NCBI GenBank assembly: GCA_039545335.1
Contig: BCIN01000001.1
Span: 3,723,136-3,787,135, forward strand
DNA length: 64,000 bases
Origin: Kondoa subrosea
Taxonomy: Eukaryota
Direction: 5' to 3'
Position numbers and translations under genes: made by a program. Positions 38,297-51,500 of this stretch are shown here, in pieces (the first letter of the stretch is position 1; the number at the start of each line of letters is the position of its first letter). Under the pieces are notes generated by a model. That model was not told the DNA's origin and did not search any database. It saw only the letters and a program-made list of their open reading frames with translations.

Positions 38297-39453
38297 ATGC
38301 ACTATCGCTTCTTCAGAACCAGAATGTCGCGTTCTGTACGCGTTGGTTGCCTTGCAGCTCTCTGCTTCGTCGGCTATGCATATTTCTACGCGTCTCCACC
38401 TGCTCCAACTCTTTCTCAAAACACTTTCGCTGCAACTTCTCCCGCTCTACTTTCTCTGAACAGGAAACTCCAGTCGCAATGCAAAGCTTCAGCTACGCAT
38501 CATCATGATCCTTCAACAGTAACGCCAGCATTCTTGATTGCAGCCCATGATAACGAAACTATTAACGGCCTAGCAGAACTTTTGGAAGAAATGTATCATC
38601 CAGAAGATGTGTTTGTCGTGCATATAGACGCCAAAGTCCCACAAAGTACCTTTGATGATGTAGTCTCGGCTGTGCCTTCGACATGCACAAATGTCCGCTT
38701 CGTACAGCAGCGGATAGGCGTTACTTGGGCAACCTGGTCTATTGTGGAGATGGAGCTACGGATGTTGCAAGAAGCTATGCGGATGGAAGTACATTGGGAT
38801 CAAGCTATGTTCCTGGATGGTTCAAGTTGGCCTTTGACGACTCGCAACCGAAGACAAGAATGGTTGAAATCATTACCTGCCGGATCAAGTAGTTGCACTG
38901 GAGGTTGGCCAACCCCAATATGTAGCGTCAATAGCGAAGAGGGACAATGCAAGAGAACTCCTGCTAGGTGCATAGCGCCGGATTGTTCTCGTATGACCAA
39001 GACGCCGAATGGTTAGTGCTTACCCCTTTCACTTCAGCTGAATCGTCATTGAAGTCCAATTCTGGTGCAGGCGGTCGAGTTCTATGGGGTACACAATGGG
39101 TGCGGCTGTCGCGTCAATTTTCTGAATACCTACTTTCCGATTCTATATCTAAACAATGGATCGATTTCTTCCAAGAAACAGTCGTCCCTGACGAACACTT
39201 CTTTGCTTCCGTCCTCTATGCTTCACCTTTGGTCAATACTGCAACTTTCGATATACACATTTATGTCGATTTCGATCATTCAAGCAATTGCAGAAGTTAT
39301 CCTAATGCTAGACCTGGATCAAGTCCTTGTTACCTTGGAGAAGGGGAACTGGAGGAGTTGACAGTCAATCAACCTAGGATCTTTGCACGGAAATTTTATG
39401 CCGGCGATGCCATCAAAGGGAAGATCATGGATAGGGCCAATAGAGCAGTATAA
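38297..39453 (+). CDS. GT14 (Core-2/I-branching family) glycosyltransferase, type II membrane protein
   Basis: N-terminal TM VGCLAALCFVGYAYFY; AFLIAAH, YHPEDVFVVHIDAK, NVRFV..RIGVTWA, GTQWVRLSRQFSEYLL, PDEHFFASVL, and FARKF. Confidence 0.88.
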
Positions 39454-39968
39454 GGAAGGAAGAACTGACTATACACAATCATAGTCGGGAAAAAGGAGAA
39501 GATTGCAGAGGTAAGTAAACATGGTCTTTGCACCTTGCAGTGTATTCTGATGATGCACACGCGCATAGAAATACAGTTTTTCGAACAATGGCGCGCAGCT
39601 TTGACACTCGCCTCAGGCGTTCTCTTTCTGACTCTCCTTTCCGATGCGCAGTTCTAGTTGGCATTTGGGTTTTGGTTGAAAGAAGGCCTCATCGCGTGAT
39701 CTCAAGCGAAAGGAGCGGCAGGCTGGAGCTGGAGCGAGGCTCGATTGTCTATCGGAAAGGCAGAGCATCGGGATGTCTCGAATCAGATTGATGCAGGCAT
39801 GGCAGAATACAGGCAGTGACGGAATCGAATGCATATGGGCAAGTATGGATGTAATAGTATAGACTAATATAGACTAACATGTACGTGCGCACAAAGAAAA
39901 CAGAATAGGAAAGGCTTGTACAGAGTCGTGAACCTGCTCGCGATTCGCGAAGGGGTTGAAACGCAACA

Positions 39969-40374
39969 ATGAACACTCTTTCCAGGAGAGAGGTGCATTT
40001 GCAGAGCTTCAGAAAGATCATAACTGACTTGTAAGAGCAGGATGAAGCGCTCATGAAAGAACTGAAATCGGAAGCTTTGAAGAGATGTGATGTGGAAGTC
40101 AAGGGTGAAAGCCTTCTACACTGCGGTCCAGTGTATGCTGATTCATAGTTGGATGCAGACTTTTCTGCCTGCGCAGAGGGCCGTACAATGTCGGTAGCTT
40201 GGGCGTGCCGAGAGAAGTTGGCGATCATGCAAAATTGTATGGCAAAGGAGTGAGCTTTCATTCGCTGGCATGTGCTCGGCTACTGATTGATGTTGTAGAC
40301 TTACCGATGATGCTATCGATAATGCAAGAGAGGCGAAGATTGCTTCAAGAGCTGCTCCGTTAGGGAGAGAATAG
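39969..40374 (+). CDS. CMC1: Twin CX9C cytochrome c oxidase biogenesis protein Cmc1-like (4 exons)
   Basis: Spliced MNTLSRREDEALMKELKSEALKRCDVEVKDFSACAEGRTMSVAWACREKLAIMQNCMAKE... with two C-x9-C motifs. Absent from the ORF track. Confidence 0.88.
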
Positions 40375-41098
40375 ATCGTGCAAATGCCGCTGGATGCTCG
40401 AGAGCGTAGACTATATGCACTGCTGGTTGTGTGGCCTGCCAGTAAATTTGTCGATAGGTGAGAACTTTCAAATCAAATGCGAATCAGGGCTAACGATGTC
40501 TTCAAATCAGTGAAACATTGCAATGTACATAGCACCCTTCATGCATCAAGAACATCACGCCGTATTTCTCCTCTTTTTCTCTTTCGATTGTGCTTTAGCA
40601 TGCTGGCGATCCGACAGGCTGCAAATTTTCGAGGCAATGAACGTCGCCTTCGTCGCAATCTTCCTATCACCAGGAAAAACAGCGAGATCGAATCGTGGCT
40701 ATGAATAATTCAAGCTAGGGCTCAAGAGCTCACGTGAATGGAAGCGCTCAACATATATGAGGTCGAGTACTGCTCATATTAGGTAATCGTGGAGAATCCA
40801 TGTGCTTTTGTCGCAATGGTGCAAGACACAAGCCAGGTACATCTCTAATCCGTGTGCATGTACAGGCGAGATCAAAGCTTCATGTCCAACAGTGGGACCG
40901 ACTCTGAGCATGATTCAGTCTGCTGGCGACTGAACGCGACCGCAAGTCGAGCGTCTTCTTGCAAGACAGTGAGGCTATATGCCATACTTTGCACCTTCCG
41001 ACGAATTTGTCCCCCGACAGTATCTATAAATGAGCGTGCTCCAGCGTACTGAAAGTAAATAACTGAATCTCGTCCGCCAACAGGCAAATGCGATACCC

Positions 41099-44000
41099 AT
41101 GTCTAGGCAGGATGCGAAGACGAGTTTTGACGGAGATACCCCTGAGCACAGCTTTCCGCCTATAACGTTGGAGACCTTCGAAGGCAATTTCGATGTGACC
41201 GAATTCATCAACAGCTTGACGGAAGGTGCTCTGCTGCAAAGTCAGCAACAAGGAGGAGGTGATTCTTCATGTGTCTTTATCAATGTTTCGTCTGGTCTCA
41301 CTAGCTTCTCCCTTTCGAAGAGTTCGACCCGCAACCTTTCATACGTATTCTCGAATCAGCTGTGGATCAGCTTATACCGCTTCGAGATCAAGTAGCGGCT
41401 AGAGCTGTTGAACATGAAGCAATAGTAGCCAAAGCTGAGAGGCAATACAATGCCAAACTCAAAGAGCTCAAGGAGAACTTCGAGGTTCGTGCAGTTACTT
41501 TGGTTTCCTTTGTCAATACATACAGCTTACCCATAGCCACTGCTTAGGCGGTCTCAACATCCTTTAATGCCTTGGAAAGTCGGATCTCAGAAGTTGGCCG
41601 AACAGCTATTCGAATTGGTGAAGAGCTGGAATCGGTAGATAAGCTCAAGAATCGTGCTGCGGAGGCTTACGACTTGATCTCATACTACTTTGACTTTGCT
41701 CGAGGTGATACAACCAAGTTAGTCGACCCTGCATCAGAGCTGCGACCTATGGAAGTCGACTAACATGACTTTACAGATTGGAGCGTATACGGAAAGAAGA
41801 AGGTCGAGAGGGTCGTGCTAAGGTTGGAAGCATTGCTCGCAAGCTGGCCATTCTGGCAAAAGAAGTAGAAGACATGGAAGGCGGCGATGTCGTTAGTGCT
41901 GATCCAACCTTCTGACTACTCTGCTAATAGGTGATCTCAGACACGTGCATCAATCGACAAGTACTGCGAACGCTTTGAGAAGGATATGCTCAAGCTCTTC
42001 GATCGGTACTATCGCAAAGGCGATCCAAAAATGATGGCAGTCAGTAGAGCCTAAGCACTCGATTAGCAGAATGCTGAAATATATGTAGCATTGTGCACAA
42101 ACATTGCTGGACTTCAATGGCGGTCAATCTTGCATTGGGGTCTATGTGAATCAGCATGACTTTTTCATTTCCAAAGATCGGATACTCGAGGGTAGCAATC
42201 TTATTGATTCAACTATGTACGTATCTGTAATTGCTTATGATAGCCTACTCACAATGCGTTTAGTCTCGATCTTCTGCCTGATCCTGATGCGCCTGCACCG
42301 AGATCCGAGCCAAAGCTAGCGGCACTCTTCAACGAGATCAGCACGACAGTCGATCAAGAGGCGCAGATTATTCAAGCCGTATTTCCTCAACCAGCTGTAG
42401 TCATGCAAGTCTTTCTGCAGAGAGTCTTTGCACAGGTCGTGAGTTTCATCTGTGCTGTCGCCTTTTCCTGCTTTAGGTCAACTAAGTCAAATTAGATTGG
42501 GACATACGTCGAAAATCTGCTTACATCTGCTTCCACCTCTACTGCTCTAGCTTTCCTCCGCATCCTTCATCTTGCACATCAATCTACCCATACTCTTGTC
42601 GACAATCTCAAAGCGCACGATTTCTTCAAATCAGCAGCAGTCTTCTCTTCCACCGGCCCGAAACAAGCGGCATCGACATCTAATGATCAATTCAGTACTG
42701 CTGCAACTCCCGCTGCTGCTGGTCTGACAGCTGTAAGCCTCATGCTCGATCAAGCGTACGATGAACTATTCTCCCAATACATGGAAGGTACTCGATACCT
42801 TGACAAAGAGATCAAGAACCTTACTGAATTACACTCTGGCTATCTACTCAAATTCCTGAATTTTCATGTAAGTCATCAAACCGCACCAACCAATTTGCAA
42901 TTGTACTGAGAAATGGGAATTAGCAACTCACGAACAAGAGCAAAACTACGAAAAGCGTCTTTGATCGAGTAGTAAATCAAGTACAAACTTCTTTTGCCAA
43001 CACAGCTGCTGCAGCAAATCCAAGCGGATCGCCTAACCTTGGTCAACAAGAAGCATCAAGAGCTATGCGAGTCTTTACCAAACTTAGTGGTGTGACTTCA
43101 AGTAACGCAAGTGTAGGGAAAGAACCTGAAATTGAAGTTGATCCGGAAGATGGATTGCTTAAGCTTGAAGTCGCTGAACGGATGCTTCGATGGCATGCTG
43201 AAGCTATCGGAAGGATGGTAGAGCTCTCTACTCCCTCTGATGTGTAAGTCCATCAGTCAAGTAGGCGCTTCGTGAGCTGAATGAGATGACAGACCAAAGA
43301 ATGCTTTCACGCTGATGAAGGAATTGGCCGACAACTTGGGTCGTGTCTATATTGAGACAGCGCTGGATACGTGAGTATCTCCAGCTCAATGGATGATCTG
43401 TTGTTCTGATGATGACACTTAGAGCTTTGATGCGAGTGACTACCTATGAGAGCAAAACTGAGCCAGATCTATCTGTATTGTCTGTTGTTCGCCAAACGGA
43501 TCTCATCATGGCTCTTTGGCAAAAGTACAACTCGATCGCGCTGACTACCTTGGTCGCACCTTCTGTTACTGTTCGGAGAGAAATGGGCATCTTCAATACT
43601 CACGTAGTTGTGAGAATAGAAGGAAAAGCCAATGAGCTGATACAGAAGCTGACGGACAGTATGCTTTGTAATTCTGCTCGCCTCAGATACATTCGCTAAC
43701 TTTCCATTGCCAGACATCGTATCTTGGCTGTATCAGATCTTACAAAAGCAAAAGAAGACAGACTTTAAGCCCAAGAACGATGATCTTGCCTTCGCTAGCT
43801 CAAATACCGAACCTTGTGAAGGTTGCTGTGAATTCCTCGGGAAGATCCACGATATCGCTACTGCTAATTTGAGCGGAAAGAATAGCGAAGCCTTTTTGAC
43901 GGAAGTTGGAATTGCCTTCCATGCCCTACTGCTTGATCATCTAAAGAAATATCCGGTCAGCGCGACGGGTGGTCTGATGTTGACAAAGCATGTTCTTCGT

Positions 44001-44401
44001 GCTTATTGATAAGAAGAAGCTTATCTGGGAATGCAGAGATCTGGCTGTATATCAAGATACTATGAACACATATGGTATAGCAATCATTACGGATCGATTC
44101 GACATGTTGCGACAACTCGGCAACATCTTCATCGTTCAGCCCGAGATCATCAAGTCCTATATATCAGAATCGCATTTAGCTCGAATAGATGCCAGGCTAT
44201 TGCGACCTTTCCTTATGCAACGATCGGATTATGGGCAGTACAGTCGGAAGGTGCGACTTCAAGATCTGGATATAAAGCAGCAGCTCATGACGCGTTGTAC
44301 AGGTCTGGGATGATATCGCTGGCGAAGCATCAGAAGGATCTACTACAACGAGTACTCTCTCTAGCATGAACTTGTCTATGGGAATGCGATTTGGCTTGTA
44401 A
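41099..44401 (+). CDS. SEC10: Exocyst complex component Sec10
   Basis: ISEVGRTAIRIGEELE, YCERFEKDMLKLFDRYYRKGDPKMM, LDFNGGQSCIGVYVNQHDFFI, HLKKYPVSATGGLMLTKDL, and FDMLRQLGNIFIVQPE. Confidence 0.95.
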
Positions 44402-44529
44402 ATGCAGTGCTTTCACGTTCTGCCCAGTGAGAGCCGACTACAGTTGCAGAGAGATTGCTGCTCCGCGAAGTGTAGTCGCACTGTTTATTCGTTCCGCCCA
44501 AAGTAAATTTGGCTCATCTTGCATCAGTC

Positions 44530-47500
44530 ATGCAAGCGACCCAGCAGCTGTCTTTGCTGCTCACACATCACATAGCTCATGATACCACGCTTGAAGCAAC
44601 ATTACCCTTTGTTCTGAGGCTGCTAGTAGAGGATAGACTCGTACACCAAATTTCCCAAGATTCTGCAGAAACTGCGTCCATCACTTTATCCAAGTCTGCT
44701 CTGCCGTTGCTTCGTCTCTCTTCTGTTCGTTTCTGATGACTGCACGCATGCAGATGGAACTTGCGCTTGTCTTCACTCATCAATGGGCAAAGCAAACCTG
44801 CAAGTCAAAGAACAGCTGCATTTCGTTTGGCAATAGAAACGATCAAACAGCTCGATAATGTTCTACTCAAAGAAGGGAAGGCATGGTTTGCAACTGCGCT
44901 TGCACTGGTAGCAGTTCGTCGAATAGAGGTTCCTATCCTATTGAGCTAAGACAACAAAATCACAGAAGAATGAAGTCTCGACGCTCTTACGGATAGCTGC
45001 TATCGACTTTATTCGTACTGGTCTGACTGCAGCTTCTCACTTGCCCGAATTCGCTCGAGAAAGCGCGAACGCTGCAGTCATTCGCAAATTAGCAGAAGAT
45101 CTCATGCGGTTGGCTGGCCAGCAAGCACCGATAGAGGTATGTCAGAGGAAGTATACACCGTCAACTACTTATACTGTTGTGATAGCTTAAAAAACTCGCG
45201 ATGTCAACTTTGGTCTTCCTGCTGAATCACCACGCTAGCGTGCTCAAACCACTAGCAGCGAACTTGCAGAATCTCAGTACGACGGCTCTGTGTCTTGAAA
45301 GCGATATGCAAGCCGCAGCTAGCGAACTTCTTGGTCATGTGTACTTGTCCGCCGGCAAAGCTGCCGCACCTACTGCTTGGCGTCGTTCTTTGGAAGGTCT
45401 AGCAGCCAGTATCAATCTTGCATTGGATCAAGTGACCACCACCTTTCCTCAAAGTCAGTCGCTGCTCGTGAGAGTTGTCTACTCTCCTGATTGTCAAGCA
45501 GAGCTACCTTTCTCCATTGTCCCGCCTTTGGACTTGCCTGCGATCAGTACCTTCGGCAATGCATCGTCTTTCAGCGTGGCCGAAGTTGCTTACCTGACGA
45601 TAGAGCGGATTGAACGATTGGCTGCTGTATTGCTGCTAATGCTCAGGTTTGTTATGCACCATGTGGTTGCAACACAGCTGAAAGAACAATACAGAACGCC
45701 AGCAGAAAGAGCAGTGCCTGTTCCGATTGGTATCTTATTACAGCTTGTCTACAAGATTCTTGCTTTAGCAGTGGAAGACGCAGTAAGGCTGTCTCTAATT
45801 ATGTACCGCAGCCTTTCTAATGCATTCATCAGCCTGCTACTGTAACAGACAAGAATCTACGAATGGCAGAGGTCATCAATGTACCGCGATTGCATCTCGT
45901 TGCTGGTAATCTTGCTGCCCAATTGGCTATGTGGTAAGTCCGGATTCTATGCATGCATGTACCGGCTGATACTCTTGCTCAGTGTATCAAACAACATGAT
46001 CATGTACTCCGCGGATCTACTTTCTGCTCTATCGACTGCAATTTCGCGCTACCCTGCTTCAAAGTGAGCTTCACGTTAAGCATCGCTGGACATCTTCTGA
46101 CTTGGTATATGTAGTCCCATCCGATCAAGTCTAGCAGCGGTCTTCTCCATAGTACTGCAAGCAGCACCGGCAGATCCTGAAGAAGCTGCTAAATCAGCCA
46201 ACTTCGTTGCCCGATTAATCCTTCAAGACATTATTGCTATTAGAACAGCCAGCACTAGCGCTCAACCTCCGAAAGCAGTAAGTACATTGCGCGGTCTATT
46301 GTCTCTTGTATCTTATGGTATTCTTAGACAGCAACCAGGAAGAACAAGAAGGCGAGGATTGATAACAATGATTTGCTACCCACGCAGACTATAGTAAGAC
46401 AAGAAACGCTCGATGCAGCGGAACTTGCCCTTTCTGGTAAGCATTCTCAGACGAAGTGTGACATTTTAGGTGACAATTCGTGTACAGCTTTGAACCGAAT
46501 TATATCTTTCCCCTTCTTTTCACCCAAGATCAACACTCAAATCCTGCATCTGCTCCTGGTTTTGGCTGTTTCACCTGCCTTCGCAACATCGGCAGCCATT
46601 TCCACCTCCACTCCTTATTCTACAGCAGAACCTTTGGAAATCGCTTTGTGCCGTCAACCGAACCTCAGATATCTAATCTTGGAATGTCTGTCGATCAGCA
46701 TCTCAACAGCAAGCCGAGAAGTACCAGATCTGACTTTACGAGCGATTCATATCTTTACTACAAACTTATCTTTGGGCGACGAGCGAATGAAATCAACATG
46801 CAAGAAAGGACTGGCAGCTTGTGAATTGAGTTGTAGACCAAGAGTGCCACCAATGATGAAGAGTGAAGCGGCGTTGAGCGTTGAAGGAGAAAGATATGAC
46901 CCTCTAATCGCGGATTTGATGGGTCAACCCGTATCAGAAGAGGAACCGGAGCAGGAAGAGATGGATGTAGATATACCGCCTCCTCCTCAAACTTCCGCTG
47001 CTCCTCTTCCCCAACCAATTCCAACTGTTCGTCAAGTAACTCACCCAATTCTCCATTCACCTGTCAAACCAGCTACGCTGGAACCCATACCATCTACATC
47101 TGCTGCTCCAGCCACCGAAAGCTTTACTATCCTATCTCCACCCACAAACCAGCAACTTGAACTTCCAGCGATCGACGAACCACTTCCTTCAGCTCCTACA
47201 GCACCATCAGAAACACTGCATGTTAGACCTAGATCTTCCTCACCTTTCAAATCACCAGATTCCGATAGCTTGACGGTACAGAACAAACCAACAAGCCGGA
47301 GTTCTCCCATTTCTTCCCGTTTTGGTATTACTTTACCTCCTCATTCTGACGATGAACCGGTAGCTTCCACTTCCGCTGCTCAAGTAGTTGAAGATGTACC
47401 GCTCAAAATGCAAATGGAAGAGGAAGATGATGAAGATGGACCAATGCCAATGATATATGACAATGATTTGGATTTGGATGATGCTGATGAAGAGGAAAAC

Positions 47501-47647
47501 GAAGCAGAAGGAGTCGCAGAACAGCCGAATGTTGATTTAGCTGAAGAAGATGATGTGATAGAAGGTGTTGGTGCGGAAAAGGGGACTTTGCCAGCCAAAA
47601 AAGCGATAGCGGAGGAGGAAGAAATTGATACAGTCATGCAGATTTAA
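44530..47647 (+). CDS. RIX1: Pre-rRNA processing protein Rix1/PELP1
   Basis: RWNLRLSSLI, LPEFARE, WRRSLE...LDQVTTTF, RAVPVPIG, and RPRVPPM followed by a Pro-rich and acidic tail. Confidence 0.75.
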
Positions 47648-48447
47648 GATGGTTCTTGCATTTCTATATCTTCCGTTGTATTGCTAGCTTGTTGTTCCGA
47701 GACGAGATGTTTTGTGTATTCTTCCATGAGTACAGCTACTTGAATTGTGAGAGAAGTTGCTGAAGTGGGATGGAGAACGAACCAATTGCGAGCAAAGCTT
47801 TCCCGTCTAAAGAAGCATACATATTTGGTCCAGAGGTCTTCCTCTTTCTGTTCACGTCACTCTTATATAAACCTTCAGCACTGTAATAGTCTGCAGCGTG
47901 TTGGTGTAGGGATTTCAGCAGATCCTGTATCAATCTCTGAATGTGCATACAAACGAGACAACACGAACGAACGGAGGAAGGAAAGTCTGGGAAGGTGAAG
48001 AGAAGAGAATGAGAAGCGAATAGGAAGGAAGACATAGAGCAGCGAACCATGGGGTAAAGGTTTACATTCAGGCAATCCCAAATCCTCAGCTTCCACAGAT
48101 ACTCCTGTGGATTTGCCTTTCGGCGGTGTCTTTCGACTAGTTATAAGCTGATTTTCTACAGCTGAATTCTCGCTTTCGCTTTCCCATTGCTGCTCCTCTT
48201 CACCCTCGGACAACATTTTAGCTTCTGTTTGGGCTTTCAGTCTAGCTGCCTTTTGCTTTTCTTTCCTACGTTTCTTGGTTACCTTTGCATTGGATTTGAC
48301 ATGACTCGCTACTTCAGCTTCATTTTGACTTTGTACAATTAAGCGTCGAGCAATGTTTTCATGCGGATCAGCGTAATCTAGCTGCAAGGGGCCTGCCTTC
48401 TGTGTGTCTAGATGATATACCGATACAGGTCCAGTTGTGGGTAACAT
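47644..48447 (-). CDS. Rrn10-like (RNA Pol I UAF subunit) protein
   Basis: Spliced DFPSSDLLKSLHQHAADYY...MYASLDGKALLAIAVLMEEY, resembling the Rrn10 pattern PxSDLLKxxHxYxSxxY...SxDxxALLAxGILxEE. Confidence 0.65.
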
Positions 48448-48533
48448 TGGTCGTCAAGACAAAGAGAAAGGGAGACCAGGTTGACACAAAGCAACGAGCA
48501 ATTCGGAACTGGAGTAGAGAGTGAGTCCGTGGC

Positions 48534-51500
48534 ATGGGACTGGACTGGGATGATGACGTGAGTGTCCTCTTCCTCCAAGTGCTGTTCGTGTAATGCTGAT
48601 AGGAGCGGGCGAATAGGGCGAATGTAAGCTAATATTCAATGAATTGCGACCGGACAACAGAGACTCATGCAAATGGTCTGGAATACAGGGCAGGATATGC
48701 CAATCGTCCGATCATCGCGAAAGAATGAATTGGACGAGGAAGACACGAAGCGTTATCGCTACAAACCACCTGAACGGATCTTTGATGACTTGCCTGAATC
48801 CCCCTCCACGCCTACTAAAGCTTCAACGTCCAATACTAGTACTATTCTGACCAATGCTACTGGTTCCAAAGTATCGGAGAATGGCAATACACCTGGGTCA
48901 AGTAGTCTGAGAGAGAAGCAAGCTGGGATGGACGAAGCTGATTACACTCGCCTGGAATTGGATGACGATCCGGAGGAAGAAGAAGTTCACATGCGTACCG
49001 ATTTCTTGTTCGATGATGACAAGGAAATGACACCCTTGTCTCAAATGCAAGCGACAAAAACGCTTCTGACAGAAGGTCAAAGAATAGCTTACGTTGGCTT
49101 GTGCAAACTGGTCACGAGAGAGATGGTTCAAATGCTAGCTGTTGGTGCAGCGAAGGAATTGAATCCTGCCATTGAAAGTACTCAGAATTGGGCAAACAAG
49201 ATCATGGGTCGACTATACCTTCATATGGATGTCAACTCGTCAGAACAACGAATGATCGATCAGTTAGCTGAACATGGCGTTACCTCAATGGATCTCGTCC
49301 CTTCCTTAGTCACAACGCATACTGTTCCTAATCCAGAGTATGATCCCGAAGAAGCTGCTCGACAAGAAGCAGAGACTTCTTCTTCTACTTCATCAGATCC
49401 TCCGCCTCCATCTTACGCACCACCTGATTTCCCTTCTTTTCCCGCTTCCGATTCAGAATCCAGTGAAACTGAAAACGACTTACCTCTATCTCCTTCTACT
49501 CCCAAACATAAACGACATCGCTCTTCTTCTGTTGAATCACCTACTACACCACGAGCACCTACATCGCTACAACGGGAAGAGGAAGAAGAAGAAGAAACTT
49601 ACAACGAACTCATTAAACCTTTACCATCAGCTTTACCAGGTGTCTCTACTACTTTAACTTCTTTAGACGAAACAGTCACTCTCGATATCCGATGGACGAT
49701 TCTTTGCGATTTGTTTCTTGCTCTGATAGCGGATTCAGTTTATGATGCTCGATCTAGAGTTTTACTTGGTAAAATGGCAGATAAACTAGGATTAACTTGG
49801 TTGGATGTTGTTCGTTTTGAAAGAAGGTTGACGGAAGCTTTATCAATCCAAGAAGCTGTTAGAGATAAAGAACAAGCTGGTGTGATTGAAGAACGATCGA
49901 AAAGGAATAGAAGAAAACGATTGGTCATGATGGCTGCTGCTGGATTAGGTGGTGGTTTAGTTATTGGTCTTAGTGCTGGTCTTTTAGCGCCTGTCATTGG
50001 AGCTGGAATTGGAGCAGCGTTCGGAACGATAGGCGTGACCGGGACGACTGGATTCTTGGCCGGTACAGGTGGTGCGGCAGTCATTACTACTAGTGGAACA
50101 ATGATTGGAGGTACAATTGCTGGAAGAGGCATGAACAGAAGAACAGCAAACGTCAAGACTTTCGAATTCAAGCCTTTACATAACAACAAAAGGGTCAGCT
50201 GTTTTGTCACCGTACCCGGGTAAGTGATTTGTTCCATGTGTACTCCAAGTGATGCTCATGCCACGTATAGATTCATGACTGGCATGCAAGATGATGTCCG
50301 ATTACCTTTCTCAGTCATGGATCCTGTACTTGGCGATCTGTTTTCTGTATTATGGGAGCCAGACACTATTCTACAGACGGGAAACGCGCTCAAGATCCTT
50401 ACAACTGAAGTCCTGACTCAAGGCTTACAGCAAGTCTTGCAAGCTACCCTGCTAACGGCGATGATGAGTGCTCTACAATGGCCAATGAGTAGGCTGCTTC
50501 CTAATTCAATTAGTACTGTCGCTAAGCATTCCATCAGTGCTCACTAAACTTGCCTACCTCATTGATAACCCCTGGTCAAACGCGCTTGATCGTGCCAAAG
50601 CAGCAGGCGCTATCTTAGCCGATATCCTCAATAATAGAAGTCTAGGAGTACGACCAGTCAGTCTCATTGGCTTCTCTCTCGGCGCTCGAGTTATATTCTA
50701 CGCCCTCGTTGAATTGGCACGGATGAAAGCTTATGGCGTAGTCCAAGATGTCGTTCTCCTTGGAGCAACAGTCACCGCAAGTACCAAGAAATGGAAAGAA
50801 GTTCGAGGAATTGTTGCTGGACGATTCATCAATGGCTATTCAAGCTCAGATTGGATTCTCGGCTACCTCTTTCGCGCAACTACTGGAGGCCTATCCACTG
50901 TGGCTGGTCTTCGGCCAGTGGAGAACATACCTGATCTAGAGAATAGCGACTTGACGGAAATCGTTCAAGGTCATATGGCTTACCGGAGTTCAATGCCCTT
51001 GATTTTAAAACACCTTGGTTTCCGGGTCACTTCTGACTCATTCGACGAACCGGAAGAAGATGACGCAGATCGACCAGATCGTGAGGTGCTTACTCCCGAA
51101 GAAGTAGAACGCAGAGCGGCGGAAAAAGAACAGAAAAAGAAACGCTGGTGGAATCGCAAGAAAGTAGTGACTGTGAAGAAGCCTGATGGAACTGTAGTCG
51201 AGCAGAAAAAGTCTGATTTGAAGGAAGACTATGATTATGAAGTCGAACCCGATGCTTCGGCCCGACCTTCTCTTTCTGACGATCCGCCAACGCCTTCTCA
51301 ATCTACTCCTGATCTATCTGTCTTCAACCCCGACAGAATCCGAGCAGCGCTCACTTCGATTGAGCAAGAATCTCCCAATCCATCTGCATCTACACCCCAT
51401 CTGCCTCTACCTCGTTCTTCGAAGTCCGAAGATTCACCTCGCCCAATACCTCCACCGCAAAGACCAGCTTCTGCGGGACCCACTCCTATACCTATTAAAG

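Noticed and set aside
39749..40261. 170-aa minus-strand ORF
   Set aside because: Antisense to the spliced CMC1 gene.
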